From Isurus oxyrinchus (lineage: Eukaryota): 64,000 bases of DNA. The stretch lies in contig JANJGN010000026.1 in assembly GCA_026770705.1 (NCBI GenBank), positions 27,342,001 to 27,406,000 on the forward strand. Reading direction: 5' to 3'. Shown here piece after piece: positions 12,301-25,009 of this stretch. The notes under the pieces were generated by a model. That model saw nothing but the letters and a program-made list of their open reading frames with translations. It was not told the DNA's origin and did no database searches. A program made the position numbers and the translations under genes. Position 1 is the first letter of the stretch. Each line of letters starts with the position of its first letter.

Positions 12301-13129
12301 TGACTGACCAGGCGCCTCAGAAATGAGATACCCAACCCATTGTGATAGTCAGAAAGGACAATTCAGAAACGACAGACAGACTGTCGAAGGAGATTTCATC
12401 GATTTTAAATCAGTGATGTATCTGTCTTGGGAGTGTTCGGTTAGGCAATGCTGTAGCTGACCCGGAGTGCTTGACAGTTCAGTAGAGAATTGGCTTCCTG
12501 TTGAATCCCACCCTTGCACCTGGTGACAGGAGTGTTCTGGGAGAGGAGTGGGGGCTTTAATCCATATCTTAACCTGTCCTGTTCCTGACCTGAGACTCCT
12601 TTCCCCGCAGAGCTCAAACAAACTGAATCAGCATCGAACTAACTGGCTGTGCATCCTCGAGCCAGATCAGTGAAAATAAATTTTTCCATTGCTCCGTTGA
12701 AATGACACATGCTAATTGTTTTTAACAATATTCCTGGAGAGAACATGTATAAATGTCAATTAATTAATTATGTTTAAGCATTTTGAGTATCAGAAAATCA
12801 TTGAATGTGAGTGACCTGAACTTGAGCACAATTTCAGAACAAACAGAATCAGGGAGTGACAGTGAGACTCCAGACAGCAGCGCCTGTTCTGATTTAATCA
12901 GAGACTGCGAGATATTTAAATGACTTAAATGGACAATGACCTGACAATGCTCCAAATAACCAGCCGCGGGGGATTTCGGGAAAAGAAGCCGCTATCGCTC
13001 CATCAAAAATGGAGTTATTGGATTGCCACCTGCAGGGGGAGGAATGAATGACAGAAATGAGAGCATGAGGAGGACATTTGGCCCTTCGACACTGCCCTCC
13101 ATTCAGTAAAATCATGGCTGATCTACCTC

Positions 13130-14172
13130 GACACACTCAGTCTCTTTACCACACACCCTCACTCGTTCACTCTGTCTGTCACATACGCTTTCTCTCACAC
13201 ACATGCACACTCTCCCACATGCACTATTTCTGAAAGACATACACTCTCTCTTTCTCTCTCTTTCACACACAAACTCTCCTTAACATGCACACACTCTGTC
13301 TCTCACACATTGCCTCTCTCTTTCACTCACACTCATACAGACACTCACATTCTCTCATACACACACATTCGCACCTACACACAGTCACACATACGTGCAC
13401 ACTACCTCTTTCACACACACACACATGCACTCACCCTTTCTCACACATGCACTCTCACACACACAATCTCTCTCTCACACACACATACACACGCACATCC
13501 ACTCTCTCTCTCACATACATGCACCCTCTCTCCCACACAAATACACACTCTTAAACATGCACACACTCTCCATTCTCTCACACACATACTGACACATCAC
13601 ACACTCTCTCTCACACACGCACATCCTCATTCTCTCTCTCATGCACACACAGAAACACTAACACATTCCCTCTCAAACATACACACTCTGTNNNNNNNNN
13701 NNNNNNNNNNNNNNNNNNNNNNNNNNNNNNNNNNNNNNNNNNNNNNNNNNNNNNNNNNNNNNNNNNNNNNNNNNNNNNNNNNNNNNNNNNNNNNNNNNNN
13801 NNNNNNNNNNNNNNNNNNNNNNNNTGACACACACCGTGGCTCTCTCTCACACACACTCTTTCTCTCACACTCTTTCTGTCCCACACACACACGTTCTCTC
13901 TCTCACACACTCTATCTCACACTCTTATACAACCTATCACTCACACCCGTACAAACACTCTCCCTCTCTCTCTCTCTGTCTCTCTCTCTCGCACACACAC
14001 ACACACACATACAGTCACTTTCTCTCACACCCAGTCGCTCTCTCACACACACACAAACATTCTCTATCTCAAACATTCTCACACGTATACTCCCTATGAC
14101 ACACACATACATACACACACTCTCTCTCTCTCACACACACACATACAGTCGCTCTCTCTCTCACACACACAG
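13130..14172. repeat. (CA)n/(CT)n low-complexity tract with assembly gap 13692-13824; a second gap follows at 14173-14346
   Basis: Direct inspection; runs of N. Confidence 0.95.
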
Positions 14173-14346
14173 NNNNNNNNNNNNNNNNNNNNNNNNNNNN
14201 NNNNNNNNNNNNNNNNNNNNNNNNNNNNNNNNNNNNNNNNNNNNNNNNNNNNNNNNNNNNNNNNNNNNNNNNNNNNNNNNNNNNNNNNNNNNNNNNNNNN
14301 NNNNNNNNNNNNNNNNNNNNNNNNNNNNNNNNNNNNNNNNNNNNNN

Positions 14347-16110
14347 AACAGGACTAGACAGGGTAGCTGCAGGAAGGATGTTCCCAATGGTGGGAGAGTT
14401 CAGAACCAGGGCTCACATTCTGAGGATATGGGGTAGGCCATTTAGGATTGAGATGAGGAGAACTTTCTTCACCCAGAGAGTGGTGAGCCTGTGGAATTCG
14501 TTACCACAGAAAGTAGTTGAGACCAAAACATTATATGTTTTCAAGAAGGAGTCGGATATAGCTCTTGGGGCGAAATGGATTAAAGGGTCTGGAGAGAAAG
14601 CGGGATCAGGCTATTGAGTTGGATGATCAGCCATGATCATAATGAATGGTGGAGCAGCCTCGAAGGGTTTAATGGCTTACTCCCGCTAATTAAGAAGGGT
14701 TTGTAGAGATAAGCCAGGGAATTACAGGGCAGTAAGTCACACGTCAGTGGTAGGGAAACGATTGGAGAAAATTCTGAAGGAGAGAATACATCTCCACTAG
14801 AAGAGGCAAGGTTTGATCAGGGATAGTCAGCATGACTTTGTCAGAGGAGATGTCATGCCTAACAAATTTGATCGAATTTTTTGAGGAGGTGACCAGGTGT
14901 CTAGATGAGGGTAGTGCAGTTGATGTTGTTTATATGGATTTCAGCAAAGCCTTTGACAAGGTCCCACATGGGAGACTTATAAAGAAGGGAAAGGCACATG
15001 GGATACAGGGTAATTTGATATGGTGGATTCAAAATTGGCTTACCTGTAGTAGGCAGAGGGTGATGACAGAATGATAATTTAGTGACTGGAAACCAGTGTC
15101 CAGTGGCATACCACTGTGCTGGGTCCCCTATTATTTGTCATTTATATAAATGACATAGATGACTATGTGGGGGATAGAATTAGTTAGTATTAGTAAGTTT
15201 GCAAATGACACAAGATTGGCCGGGTGGTTAACAGTGAGGTTGAGTGTCCTGGGCTGCAGGATGATATAGACGGGATAGTCAAATAGGCAGATAAGTGGCA
15301 GATGGAATTTAACCCTGAAAGGTGTGAGGTGATACACTTTGGAAGGAATAATCTGACAAGGAAGTATTCAATGAACAGCATGGCACTAGGAAGTTCTGAG
15401 GAACACAGGGACCTTGGCGTGTGTGTCCATAGATCTCTGAAGACAGAAGGGCATGTTAGTGGGGTGGTGAAAGAGGCATATAGGACACTTGCCTTTATCA
15501 ATCGAGGTATAGGTTACAAAAGTAGGGAGGTCATGTTGGAGTTGTATAAAACCTTAGTGAGGCCACAGCTGGAGTACTGTGTGCATTTCTGGTCGCCACA
15601 TCATAGGAAAGATGTGATTGCACTGGAGAGGATGCAGTGGAGATTCACCAGGATGTTGCCTGGGATGAAACATTTAAGTTATGAAGAGAGGTTGGATACA
15701 CTTGAGTTGTTTTGAGCAGAGAAGATTCAGGGGCGACCTGATCGAGGTGTACAAAATTATGAGGGGCATGGACAGGGTGGATAGGGAGCAACAGTTCCTC
15801 TTAGTTGAAGGGTCAGTCACACAAGAGGGCATAGGTTCAAGATGAGGGGCAGGAGGTTTCGGGGGGATGTGAGGAAAACCTTTTTTACCCAGAGGGTGGT
15901 GACAGTCTGGAATGCACTGCCTTGGAGGATGGTGGAGGCGGGTTGCCTCACATCCTTTAAAAAGTACCAGATGAGCACTTGGTACGTCATAACATTCAAG
16001 GTTATGGGCCAAGTGCTGGTAAATGAGATTAGGTAAGTAGGTCAGGTGTTTCTCACGTGCCGGTGCATACTCAATGGGCCAAAGGGCCTCTTCTGCACTG
16101 TGCGTTTCTG
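14347..16110 (+). mobile_element. Two adjacent CR1 LINE fragments (a 3' end, then RT domain through 3' end)
   Basis: SCLTNLIEFFEEV, VDVVYMDFSKAFDKVPH, LVRPQLEYCVHFWSP, FFTQRVV motifs; multiple stops. Confidence 0.92.
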
Positions 16111-16618
16111 TGTGATTCTGTGCTCCGAGTTTCCATGTTTCTATGTAAATACACACTCACTTGCATGCACACTCTCTCACACGCACGCACATATACACAT
16201 TCTCACACACAGAAGTGGGCTGAAAATATTAATTGCAGAATAAAATCCACTAAGCTGCGTGCATGTTCATTGTTCCATTTCTGAGGACCTGTTGTGTATA
16301 ATGAAATTACATAGGTGACATCACTACATATGTGGAGAATTTCCATGTGTTGAACGAAATACAAAGAAACAAGAGAAAGGGAGGGATGTGGCGGAGACCA
16401 CGGCCGCCTGGATCCCCAATACTGGTGCACACTTGGTGCAAGATGCATGCACGGCTCATCCTGGTTTTGCTGTAACCTTCCCCTCCAGCCCCCTCAGTCT
16501 GCCTATTCATGCACTGACATGGGTTTCTCAAAGAAAGGCATTGGCATTAAAGCAGCTGGCCAGCGATCTACACTGCTGCCTGACTTTACACAGCCTGTGT
16601 TACTGAAAGCTGATCAAT

Positions 16619-16777
16619 ATGGAGAATCAGGACAGGATCAATGGAGAGGAAAAGGAGGAGGCAGAGCCGAATGGAGGAGTCCCCAGCTCGGCTGTGGACA
16701 ACAGGCAACGGAAAGCTGAGCCGGAGCAGAAAATCATCTGGAGAAACATCGCCTTGATGAGCATCCTGCACCTGGGC
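16619..16777 (+). pseudogene. Fragment of a stearoyl-CoA desaturase (SCD5-like) first coding exon
   Basis: MENQDRINGEEKEEAEP...EQKIIWRNIALMSILHLG matches the SCD IVWRN-x-x-LMS-x-LHLG motif preceding TM1, then breaks into CACT/CACC repeats. Confidence 0.7.
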
Positions 16778-16779
16778 AC

Positions 16780-17300
16780 CCTCACTACCACTCTCACTCG
16801 CCCTCACCCTCACTCACTCACCCACCCTCACTTATCCTCACTCACTTACCCACCTTCATTCCCCGTCATTTACTCACCATCAGTTGCTCATTCACCCTAA
16901 CTCACGGACCCTTACACCCTTACACACAGCCTCCTACACACTCATTCACCCACCCTCACCCACCCATCCTTACTCATGCACCCTCACTTATCCTCACTCA
17001 AATTCACTCACCCGCCCATCCTCACTCACCTACATTCACTCACACTCAATAACTCAAACACCGATCCTCACACACCCACTCACCCTCACTCACATACCCA
17101 CACTCACATAACCACCCACTCATATACCCTCATTCAATCACCCACCCTCACTCACTCATCTACCCTCACTCACCCACATTCAGACACCCATCCACGCTCA
17201 CTCACCACCCACTCTCACTTATTCCTTCATTCACCCACGCAACCTCACACACTCAACCACCCACCCTCACTCTGTCAATCATGCACACGCTCACTCACAT
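16780..17300. repeat. C-rich (CACT/CACC)n low-complexity tract
   Basis: Direct inspection. Confidence 0.9.
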
Positions 17301-17399
17301 GATCAGTTTTCCGAAATCGGTGTGTGGGAGGGCGAGAACTCCGGGGACTGGAGTCCTGGAAGCGAGGACTGAGGCCTAGCACTGTTGGAAAGTGGAGCA

Positions 17400-18130
17400 T
17401 GGCCAAGGGAGGTCGAGCGTCGGTGGGAAGGCAGAAAGGCTGGGTTAAAGGGCAGAGAGGTGGGAGGAAAGAGCATAGAGCTGGGGAAAGGGCAGGGAGG
17501 TGGAGGAAAGGGCCGAAAGCCGGGTGGGGGGGTGGGGTGGAAGGGCAAAGAGTAGGGGGAAAGGTCAAAGAGCCGGACGACAGCGCAGAGACCAGTGGAG
17601 TAAGGGCAGAGAGCTGGGGGACAAAAGGCACAGAGCTGGGGGAGAAAGGGCAGAGAGGCGGGATGGGGGGCAAGGGCAGAGAGGCGGGAGGGGGGAAAGA
17701 GCAGAGAGGCGGGATAGGGAAGAGAGGCGGGGGGGCAGGGCAGAGTGGCGGGGAGGGAAAGGGCAGAGTGGCAGGGGTGGGAAGGACAGAGAGGCAGGGG
17801 TAAAGGGCAAGGAAGTGGGAGAGGGAAAGGGCAGAGAGGCAGAGGATGAAAGGGCAGGGAGGGGGCACAGGACAGAGGGGCGGGGGTGGGACGGGCAGAG
17901 AGGCGGGACGAAGGGCAGAGGGCCGTTGGGAAAAGGGCAGAGAGGTGGTGGGGGCAGAGAGGTGGGGCGAAAAGATGAAGAGGCGGGGGGAAGGTCAGAA
18001 AGGTTGAGAGGAGAGGGGGAAAGGCAGAGAGGCAGCTGGATGGAAGGGCAGAAAGCTGGTGGGGGGTGAAGGGCAAAGAGGCGAGTGAAAGTGCAGAGAG
18101 TGGGGCTTTTGTGGGGAGAGCTGGCCGAAA
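17400..18130 (+). repeat. G-rich polypurine repeat (GGGCAGAG units, GAGCTGGGG)
   Basis: At least 10 GGGCAGAG copies, six AGCT sites, many G3-G7 runs, strong G over C skew on +. Confidence 0.9.
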
Positions 18131-19117
18131 GCAATTGCGAGCCCAGGCCCCAGGTGCCCTGGACCCCACTCTCACTATCTGTCCCTCTCTCTCTTTCTCT
18201 CCCTCATTGTTTCTCCTCCTCCTGAAACCCTTTCCATTCCCAGGGAAAGACACTCAGTGCCTGGGATAAAAGGGAGACAATGTTTCTGTGCACTTCCCCC
18301 CGGCTCCCTGCGCCTTTCTCCATCCGATGTTCGCTGACCCTCCAATTACAGCCTGTTTGTCTCCCATTTTTACTGCTGATAGGCCCGCTGGTCAGCCTAT
18401 CAGCAGCTAACAGGATAGGAGGGGCTGTGATTGGAGGGGCAGCTAGGATAGAAGCGGAGAATAGGCAGGAATGTGGAGTTAATGCCACAATCAGATCAGC
18501 CATGATCGTATTGAATGATGGAGGAGGCTCGAGAGGCCGAATGACCTATTCCTGCTCCTAATCCGCATGTTCATATGTACATACAATTGGAAAATGTCAT
18601 AATTACTGTAACTGGTATTCAATTTAGAGATCTATGGTCATTATATAGTTACCGTTACAAAGGTACTTTCGAGGCGTTATTGCTGTTCTTTGTTTTGGGG
18701 GAACGTGGAGAGGGGAGGGGGCATCCGTCAATTTGAACAGAGCCAATTTCTAAACTGCAATGATAAAAATGACCGGACAACTTCTCTACCACCAAGTGCT
18801 GTTGATTGAGAAATAACTGGTGGCCGAAATAATGGGTAAAATCCTCTGCTCTTCCATTTTAATCCAATGAAAGGTACGTCATTCAGATGGCATCACAATG
18901 TTCTCTTTTAGTAATGGGATAGAGGCGGAAAAAGAGGTGTGGGCTTCTAAAGAGAGGGTCACCAAATGATGGAAATAATAAATGAACAAATGTGGATGTG
19001 GGTTTTAGTTGGAATATATTAGGATATGTTTATACTTATAGTCAAATTTTGAGTTGTTTGGTTACTTAATGATCACAAATCAGAGTCTAACTTATTCAAT
19101 CGGCCATTCTTTCCCAG

Positions 19118-19417
19118 TGACACCGTCTTCACCCACTCTCTACAGCCTGGTCTCCTCCTGTCAGCAACAGAACACCGACGGCTCCGTCACCTACGGCTGT
19201 TTGGCGATGGACTATTCCCCAGAAATAACCAGCTTGACTTGGAAGAAAGATGGGCAGCCGATCACCACTGGATTTAAGACTTACCCGTCAGTGAGGAACC
19301 AGAAGGGAACCTATACCCTGAGCAGCCAGTTAACCATCACCGAGTTAGTGTGGGAATGCAGCAAAATCAAGTGCGAGGTTCGACACAGCGGCTCAGACAA
19401 GAGCGTTGAAATGCAAT
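19118..19417 (+). CDS. IGHM: IgM Cmu1 exon
   Basis: CCCAG acceptor; [14 protein letters not shown]...[19 protein letters not shown]...CEVRH; T|GTAAGT donor. Confidence 0.96.
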
Positions 19418-19630
19418 GTAAGTGTTGGGGAACGTGTGAGAAACATAAAGGCTGTGATTAACCTGTATAGGGCCTTGGTTATAACGCATTTATCGTACTC
19501 TGCATAGTTCTGATCACTGGAAAATCCAGGTTAGTGTCTATTAACGGAAAAAGCCTGTTAAAATATACGAACTCAGTGTGTCTGTTATCATTTTGTTCTG
19601 CAAGAAATGTCTAACCTGTGTTTCATGAAG

Positions 19631-19945
19631 GTACTGGACCTGTCATCCCTCCAACTGTTCTCCTCACCGTGAGTTCCCGGGAAGAAATCACAACCAACAA
19701 ATTTGCAACAGCCGTCTGTTCAATCATCAATTTCCGACCAAATTCAATGACCATGAAGTGGCTGAAGAATGGACAACCCATGGATTCAGGAATTGTCACC
19801 TCTCCCGCCTTTGAAGTGAACGGGAACTTCTCGGCGACCAGTCGGCTGAAAGTCTCCGCTGGGGAATGGTTCACCGACGCGGTCTATACCTGTCAGGTCA
19901 CTCACCAAGGGGTCACCCAAAGTCGAAACGCCACCAAGTGTGAGG
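19631..19945 (+). CDS. IGHM: IgM Cmu2 exon
   Basis: GAAG acceptor; PPTVLLT...[14 protein letters not shown]...YTCQVTH; G|GTAAGA donor. Confidence 0.95.
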
Positions 19946-20343
19946 GTAAGAAATAAAAACGGAGAAAACTATAGGGCATTCTGCACTCCGATGTTAATGA
20001 AATCTGTAATTTATTAAAGTTGGTAACAACTTCGGGATAGAGTGTTGGAAAGTGCATCCACCCTATTATAAAACGGCTCTCAGTACTGCATTCCAGGGCC
20101 TAGGAATGGTTTATGTATATTGGGAATGGGGCAACGCAGATTCATTAGAATGTTACCGGGGCTGAAGGACTTAAATTATGGGAACAATTTACACAGACCA
20201 AGCTGGTTTTGCATTGTGTAAGAAGATTAAAGACGATAGTTAGAGGTTGATGTGTCGAAGGTGATATATTCTCCTTTGGAGAGAGAAGACTGAATACTGC
20301 TGTCCTGATTCTGAATGTGAAACTTTTCATTTCTGTTTCACAG

Positions 20344-20652
20344 AACATTCCCAATGCAGCGATCCCACAATTACTCCACTGCCACCGCCAATAGAACAGG
20401 TTTTACTAGAGGCGACGGTGACATTAACCTGCATCGTTTCTAATGCCCCTTATGGAATCCTCGTGTCCTGGACCCAAGAAAAGAAGCCTTTGAAATCAGA
20501 GATTGCTGTCCAACCAGGAGAGGATCACAACAGCGTGGTCAGCAACGTAAACATCTCGACACAAGCCTGGCTGAGTGGGGCTGAGTTCTACTGCATGGTG
20601 AGCCATCAGGATCTGCCGACTCCTTTAAGAAGTTCCATCCACAAGGAACCAG
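20344..20652 (+). CDS. IGHM: IgM Cmu3 exon
   Basis: CACAG acceptor; [24 protein letters not shown]...[17 protein letters not shown]; G|GTGAG donor. Confidence 0.95.
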
Positions 20653-21342
20653 GTGAGCGGTGAGATTGAAGCAATAAGTGAGTCATTGTGTCTATATCCA
20701 GTGTGTGGGTCAATATTTAGTATTCAGTATGTTAAGGTCCACTCTGATTGGTAATTCCACTAAATACACACTCTGGGCCTGTAGACTTCAAGGGGGAAAT
20801 TGATAAGTAGATGAATGAACAATGAATTGAAGGCTGTGCTGTTGGGTTTAGATGAAGTAATGTGGGAGGAGCCAGGTGTGGAGCTTAAACACCAACACAG
20901 ACCAGTTGGGCCGAATGGCCTGTTTCTGTGCTGTAAACTTTGAGAAACTTTCTAGTCCAACCCCACAGATTCTTAGGGAAAAGGACTGTGTCCACCTCTG
21001 CTCCCAGCTGGAAAACCAGACAGATCCAAAGTGTTTTATTTATTAATTCATGGGATGTGACAGCGTTTATTGCCCATCCCTAGTTGCCCTTCAGAAGGTG
21101 GCGGCGAGCTGCCTTCTTGAACCGCTGTAATCCACGTGGTGCAGGTACCCACAGTGCTGTTAGGGATGGAGTTCCAGGATTGTGACTCAACAACAGTGAA
21201 GGAACGGTGATATATTTCCAAGGGGTAGATAATGAAAACACTTAATATTCATCACAAAACACATTTCTCTCACATCTGATCAGAAGTTTCATTGTCTCTG
21301 AAATTATCCAGTTTATTGACATTTATTGTACATTTTCTGCAG

Positions 21343-21734
21343 TTAAAGACCCGCGGGAACCATCTGTGTCTGTCCTCCTGCCCTCAGCAGAAGATGTCTC
21401 TGCTCAGAGATTCGTCTCCCTCAGCTGCTTAGTGAGAGGTTTCTCCCCGCGAGAGATCTTCGTCAAGTGGACCCTCAATGACAAGCCGGTGAATCCCGGG
21501 AACTACAAGAACACCGAGGTGTTGGCTGAGAATGACAATCGCTCCTTCTTCATGTACAGCCTGTTATCCATTGCAGCGGAGGAGTGGGCCAGCGGCACTT
21601 CTTACTCCTGTGTGGTGGGACATGAAGCAATCCCCTTGAAGATCATCAACAGAACGGTTGATAAATCCAGCGGTAAACCAAGTTTTGTGAACATTTCCCT
21701 TGCACTGATGGACACCATTAATTCATGTCAATGA
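21343..21734 (+). CDS. IGHM: IgM Cmu4 exon plus secretory tailpiece
   Basis: TGCAG acceptor; [17 protein letters not shown]...YSCVVGHEA; tail [20 protein letters not shown] with N-glycan site and penultimate Cys; internal membrane-form donor G|GTAAA after 21672. Confidence 0.97.
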
Positions 21735-21761
21735 GAATCTCTTGGTTACATTTCAAATTTC

Positions 21762-21776
21762 AATAAAAAAAATAAA
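21762..21776 (+). terminator. Secretory-form polyadenylation signals
   Basis: AATAAA at 21762 and 21771, just after the stop codon. Confidence 0.85.
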
Positions 21777-22189
21777 GCCTTTTCCTCCAATTGTGATTTA
21801 AAAACACGAGCGTTTAATTAATCTTGTTTTCCACTTTTGCTAATATTAGACCTGTTCAGTTAAAATCAGATATTTACAGCACTCAGGCCCAGGTCTTGTA
21901 CACCCAGTGCTCCCAACTCAGATACACCCTGGGTTAGAGACAGAGTTAAGCTCATTCATTACAGGATTCTGCAAAATAATTTCACCAGCTCTCCTCCCAC
22001 TGAGGAGAAATCTGACAATTTCCCATTTCCAGTAACCATACACAGCACATTTAGATGTCAGTGTTCCTGCTTCTCTTCTTGTCCATCCCTTTAAAATAGA
22101 TGTCAGTTTTAAGCTGCTGCATCACACCCACTGATAACTGAAGTGAGGGTCACACAGAAACATATCCCAACAATCCCCCATCAGAGAGC

Positions 22190-22710
22190 AGGGAAAGGGA
22201 AATTGTTAACCCATTGTACCCTCACTTCCCCAACAGAAGGAGGGGGAGGGGGGGGGAATTGTTAACACACTGTACCCTCACTTCCTCAACAGAGAGAGTA
22301 GGGAGGGAAATTGTTAACCCACTGTACCCCACTTCCCCAACAGTAGGATGGGGAGGGTAATTAGTTAACTCGCTGTACCCCCACTTCCCCAACAGAGGGA
22401 GGGGAGGGTAATTAGTTAACCCGCTGTACCCTCACTTCCCCAACAGAGGGAGGGGGAGGGTAATTAATTAACCTGCTGTGCCCCCACTTCCCCAACAGAG
22501 GGAGGGGAGGGTAATTAGTTAACCCGCTGTACCCCCACTTCCCTAACAGAGGGAGGGGGAGGGTAATTAGTTAACCCGCTGTACGCCCACTTCCCCAACA
22601 GCAAGAGCTGAAAGGGAAATTAACCCATTGTACCCCCACTTGCCCAACATGAAGACGAGGAACATCATTAGTTAAGCCAGTGTACCTTACAGAAAGGGAA
22701 ATTGCTTAGC
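22190..22710. repeat. ~51-bp minisatellite, ~9 copies
   Basis: CCACTTCCCCAACAGAGGGAGGGGAGGGTAATTAGTTAACCCGCTGTACC repeated. Confidence 0.9.
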
Positions 22711-23169
22711 CAACTAGACAAAATGAAAATATTACCTCACAGGTCTCCCATTCCCTGAGCCGAGAGTTTGGAACAGAACCGGGTTCCACTGTAAGGACTC
22801 AGTTCCCAACAGTACAAGTCGGCTTCTAGCTTACTGTCCGCAGGCCAGTCATACTAAAAATGTAAAGTATGTATTTATGCAACATAATTTTTAAAGTTTT
22901 GACACTCTTGATCCTATCAACCTCATGCTAACATTGATTTTTTATGATCCAAATCTAAACTGGTGATTGAATCCTCCCTGACTTTTTCATGGTTCCTCCC
23001 AGAATTTTAGGAGGCACATCGTTGAATTTTTGCATTCGTTCACCAGATGTCACCTTACATCTCACAGAAAATATATTTATACAGAGAAAGTTGTGAATAT
23101 TCTCCATAATTCATACCTTCATGAACAGACTGGTTATTGATATCCGGTGAAACATGGAGCAAGAGTGAA

Positions 23170-24210
23170 AATACACACAACTGACAGAACCATATACAAC
23201 TGACAAAACACACAAACACACAACCATACACACACATACAAACAAACACACAACCAGACACATACACACAAATGCACAGACACACAAACACACACACACA
23301 ACACACAAATGCACAGACACACAAACACATAAATACACAAACACACACACAACACACAAATGCACAGACACACAACACACACACAGGCACACATACATAC
23401 ATAAACACATATACAAATACGCACACACATATACATACATACAAATGCACAAACACATACGTACATATGCACACAGATATGAATTCACAAACACATGTGC
23501 ACATACACAGACACAAATGCAAACAAATAAAACCAGGCAAGCAGGCTCACATAAGTACACGAAATATAAATGCAACGGTTAACATGTGTATTAGCACACA
23601 TTAATGATGACAGAAATATAGACATAAAGACACACACTATCATACACATTAGCACACTTGCATGGACACAGATAGACACATAGTAATGGACTACACACAA
23701 ACACATAGATAAACAGACAGTAATACATTCACAGGCGCACATGTTGACACAAATATTAACATACTCATACACACGAAAACACGAATGTTAGCACATATGG
23801 GGACATAAACACACATCAACACATAGTTGTAAATATCCATCAACATACTGCACACATTAGCACACAGACACAGAGAGACAGTCATGAAGACACAAACATT
23901 CAGATGCTGACACGCACGTGGAGCCAAAAGGATGCAATAACACACATATTAGCAGACAGGAACGCATAAACACACATTAACACAGGAATTCACAAATAAA
24001 CAAATACATCAGTACATACACACAATAACACACTCTTACAAACACATTGACAGGAAAACAAAGTATACATGGAGGCGCGGGCATACAAATGCAGAAGTCA
24101 TTGGCGCTTGAACATACACATTAACACTCATAGACGCATATGGACACACAAACAAACCGTGATGCAAAGTACGAGATACTCATGCAGACATACACAAAAG
24201 CTAAAGCACA
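23170..24210. repeat. Degenerate (CA)n tract
   Basis: Direct inspection. Confidence 0.9.
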
Positions 24211-24743
24211 AATAAAAACTCCAAGCCGTTGAAGAAAGTATAATTCAAACATTCTTTTATAACGGACATATCCTCCGGCAATTCTCCCCATTATAAAATG
24301 GCCCGACAAGCACGCTGAAGCAATGTTCTTACTGAGAAACTGATTTAACTTAATGACGCACCAAACAAATAAACAAACAAGATGGAAACTCACATCCAAG
24401 CTTTTAAAAAGCAACGTTCAAATAAGTAGCTCAGTGAATCTTCCTCGATATCCATCATAATATCCGCCAATAACAGATCGTATGAAATTGTTCGAAAATG
24501 AACGGATACTGGAGAAAAGTTGCCATATTTTCTGACATGGACAGTGCGAGGAATGTAAAGGAAGAACAGCTATGAAGATAGTAGCAGAGATTTTTTTGAG
24601 TGTCACGAATTTGACAGTAGATATACATTGAACATTAAATAAGAGAATACATTAATACCTTAAGAAAGAGAAAGAAGAACATAAAAAAGATATGATGAAT
24701 TAATAAGCAATCTAATTATATTTCGGGCGCTATATCCCCGTAG

Positions 24744-24871
24744 ATTCCACAGACCGCATCTGGACTGAAGACTCTGAGGATGATAACGGCAATATCTGGA
24801 CAACCGCTTCCACATTCATCATCCTATTCTTCCTGAGCATGTGCTACAGCACTGCCGTCACTCTGGTGAAG
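24744..24871 (+). CDS. IGHM: IgM TM1 exon (DSTDRIWTEDSEDDNGNIWTTASTFIILFFLSMCYSTAVTLVK)
   Basis: CCGTAG acceptor in phase with the Cmu4 internal donor; acidic connecting peptide and CART-type TM motif; AAG|GTGAGA donor. Confidence 0.95.
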
Positions 24872-25009
24872 GTGAGAAGATTCAATCCTCTCACACCTCA
24901 AACTGACAGGAACAGTTTGCAAAATCTCTCAATGCTTCATTGATTAAAACTTTAACATAAATGTCCCAGATCTTAAACATCTGCTTCATTAGGTCATCCT
25001 CTTTTACAG

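Noticed and set aside
13285-14617. Long His/Thr/Leu-rich ORFs
   Set aside because: These are translations of (CA)n/(CT)n tracts spanning N gaps.
17275-18253. Pro-rich and Gly/Arg-rich ORFs up to 316 aa
   Set aside because: They arise from stop-codon depletion in the G-rich repeat, are open in several frames on both strands, and contain no domain.
23055-23945. Cys/Val-rich ORFs
   Set aside because: These are (TG)n microsatellite translations.
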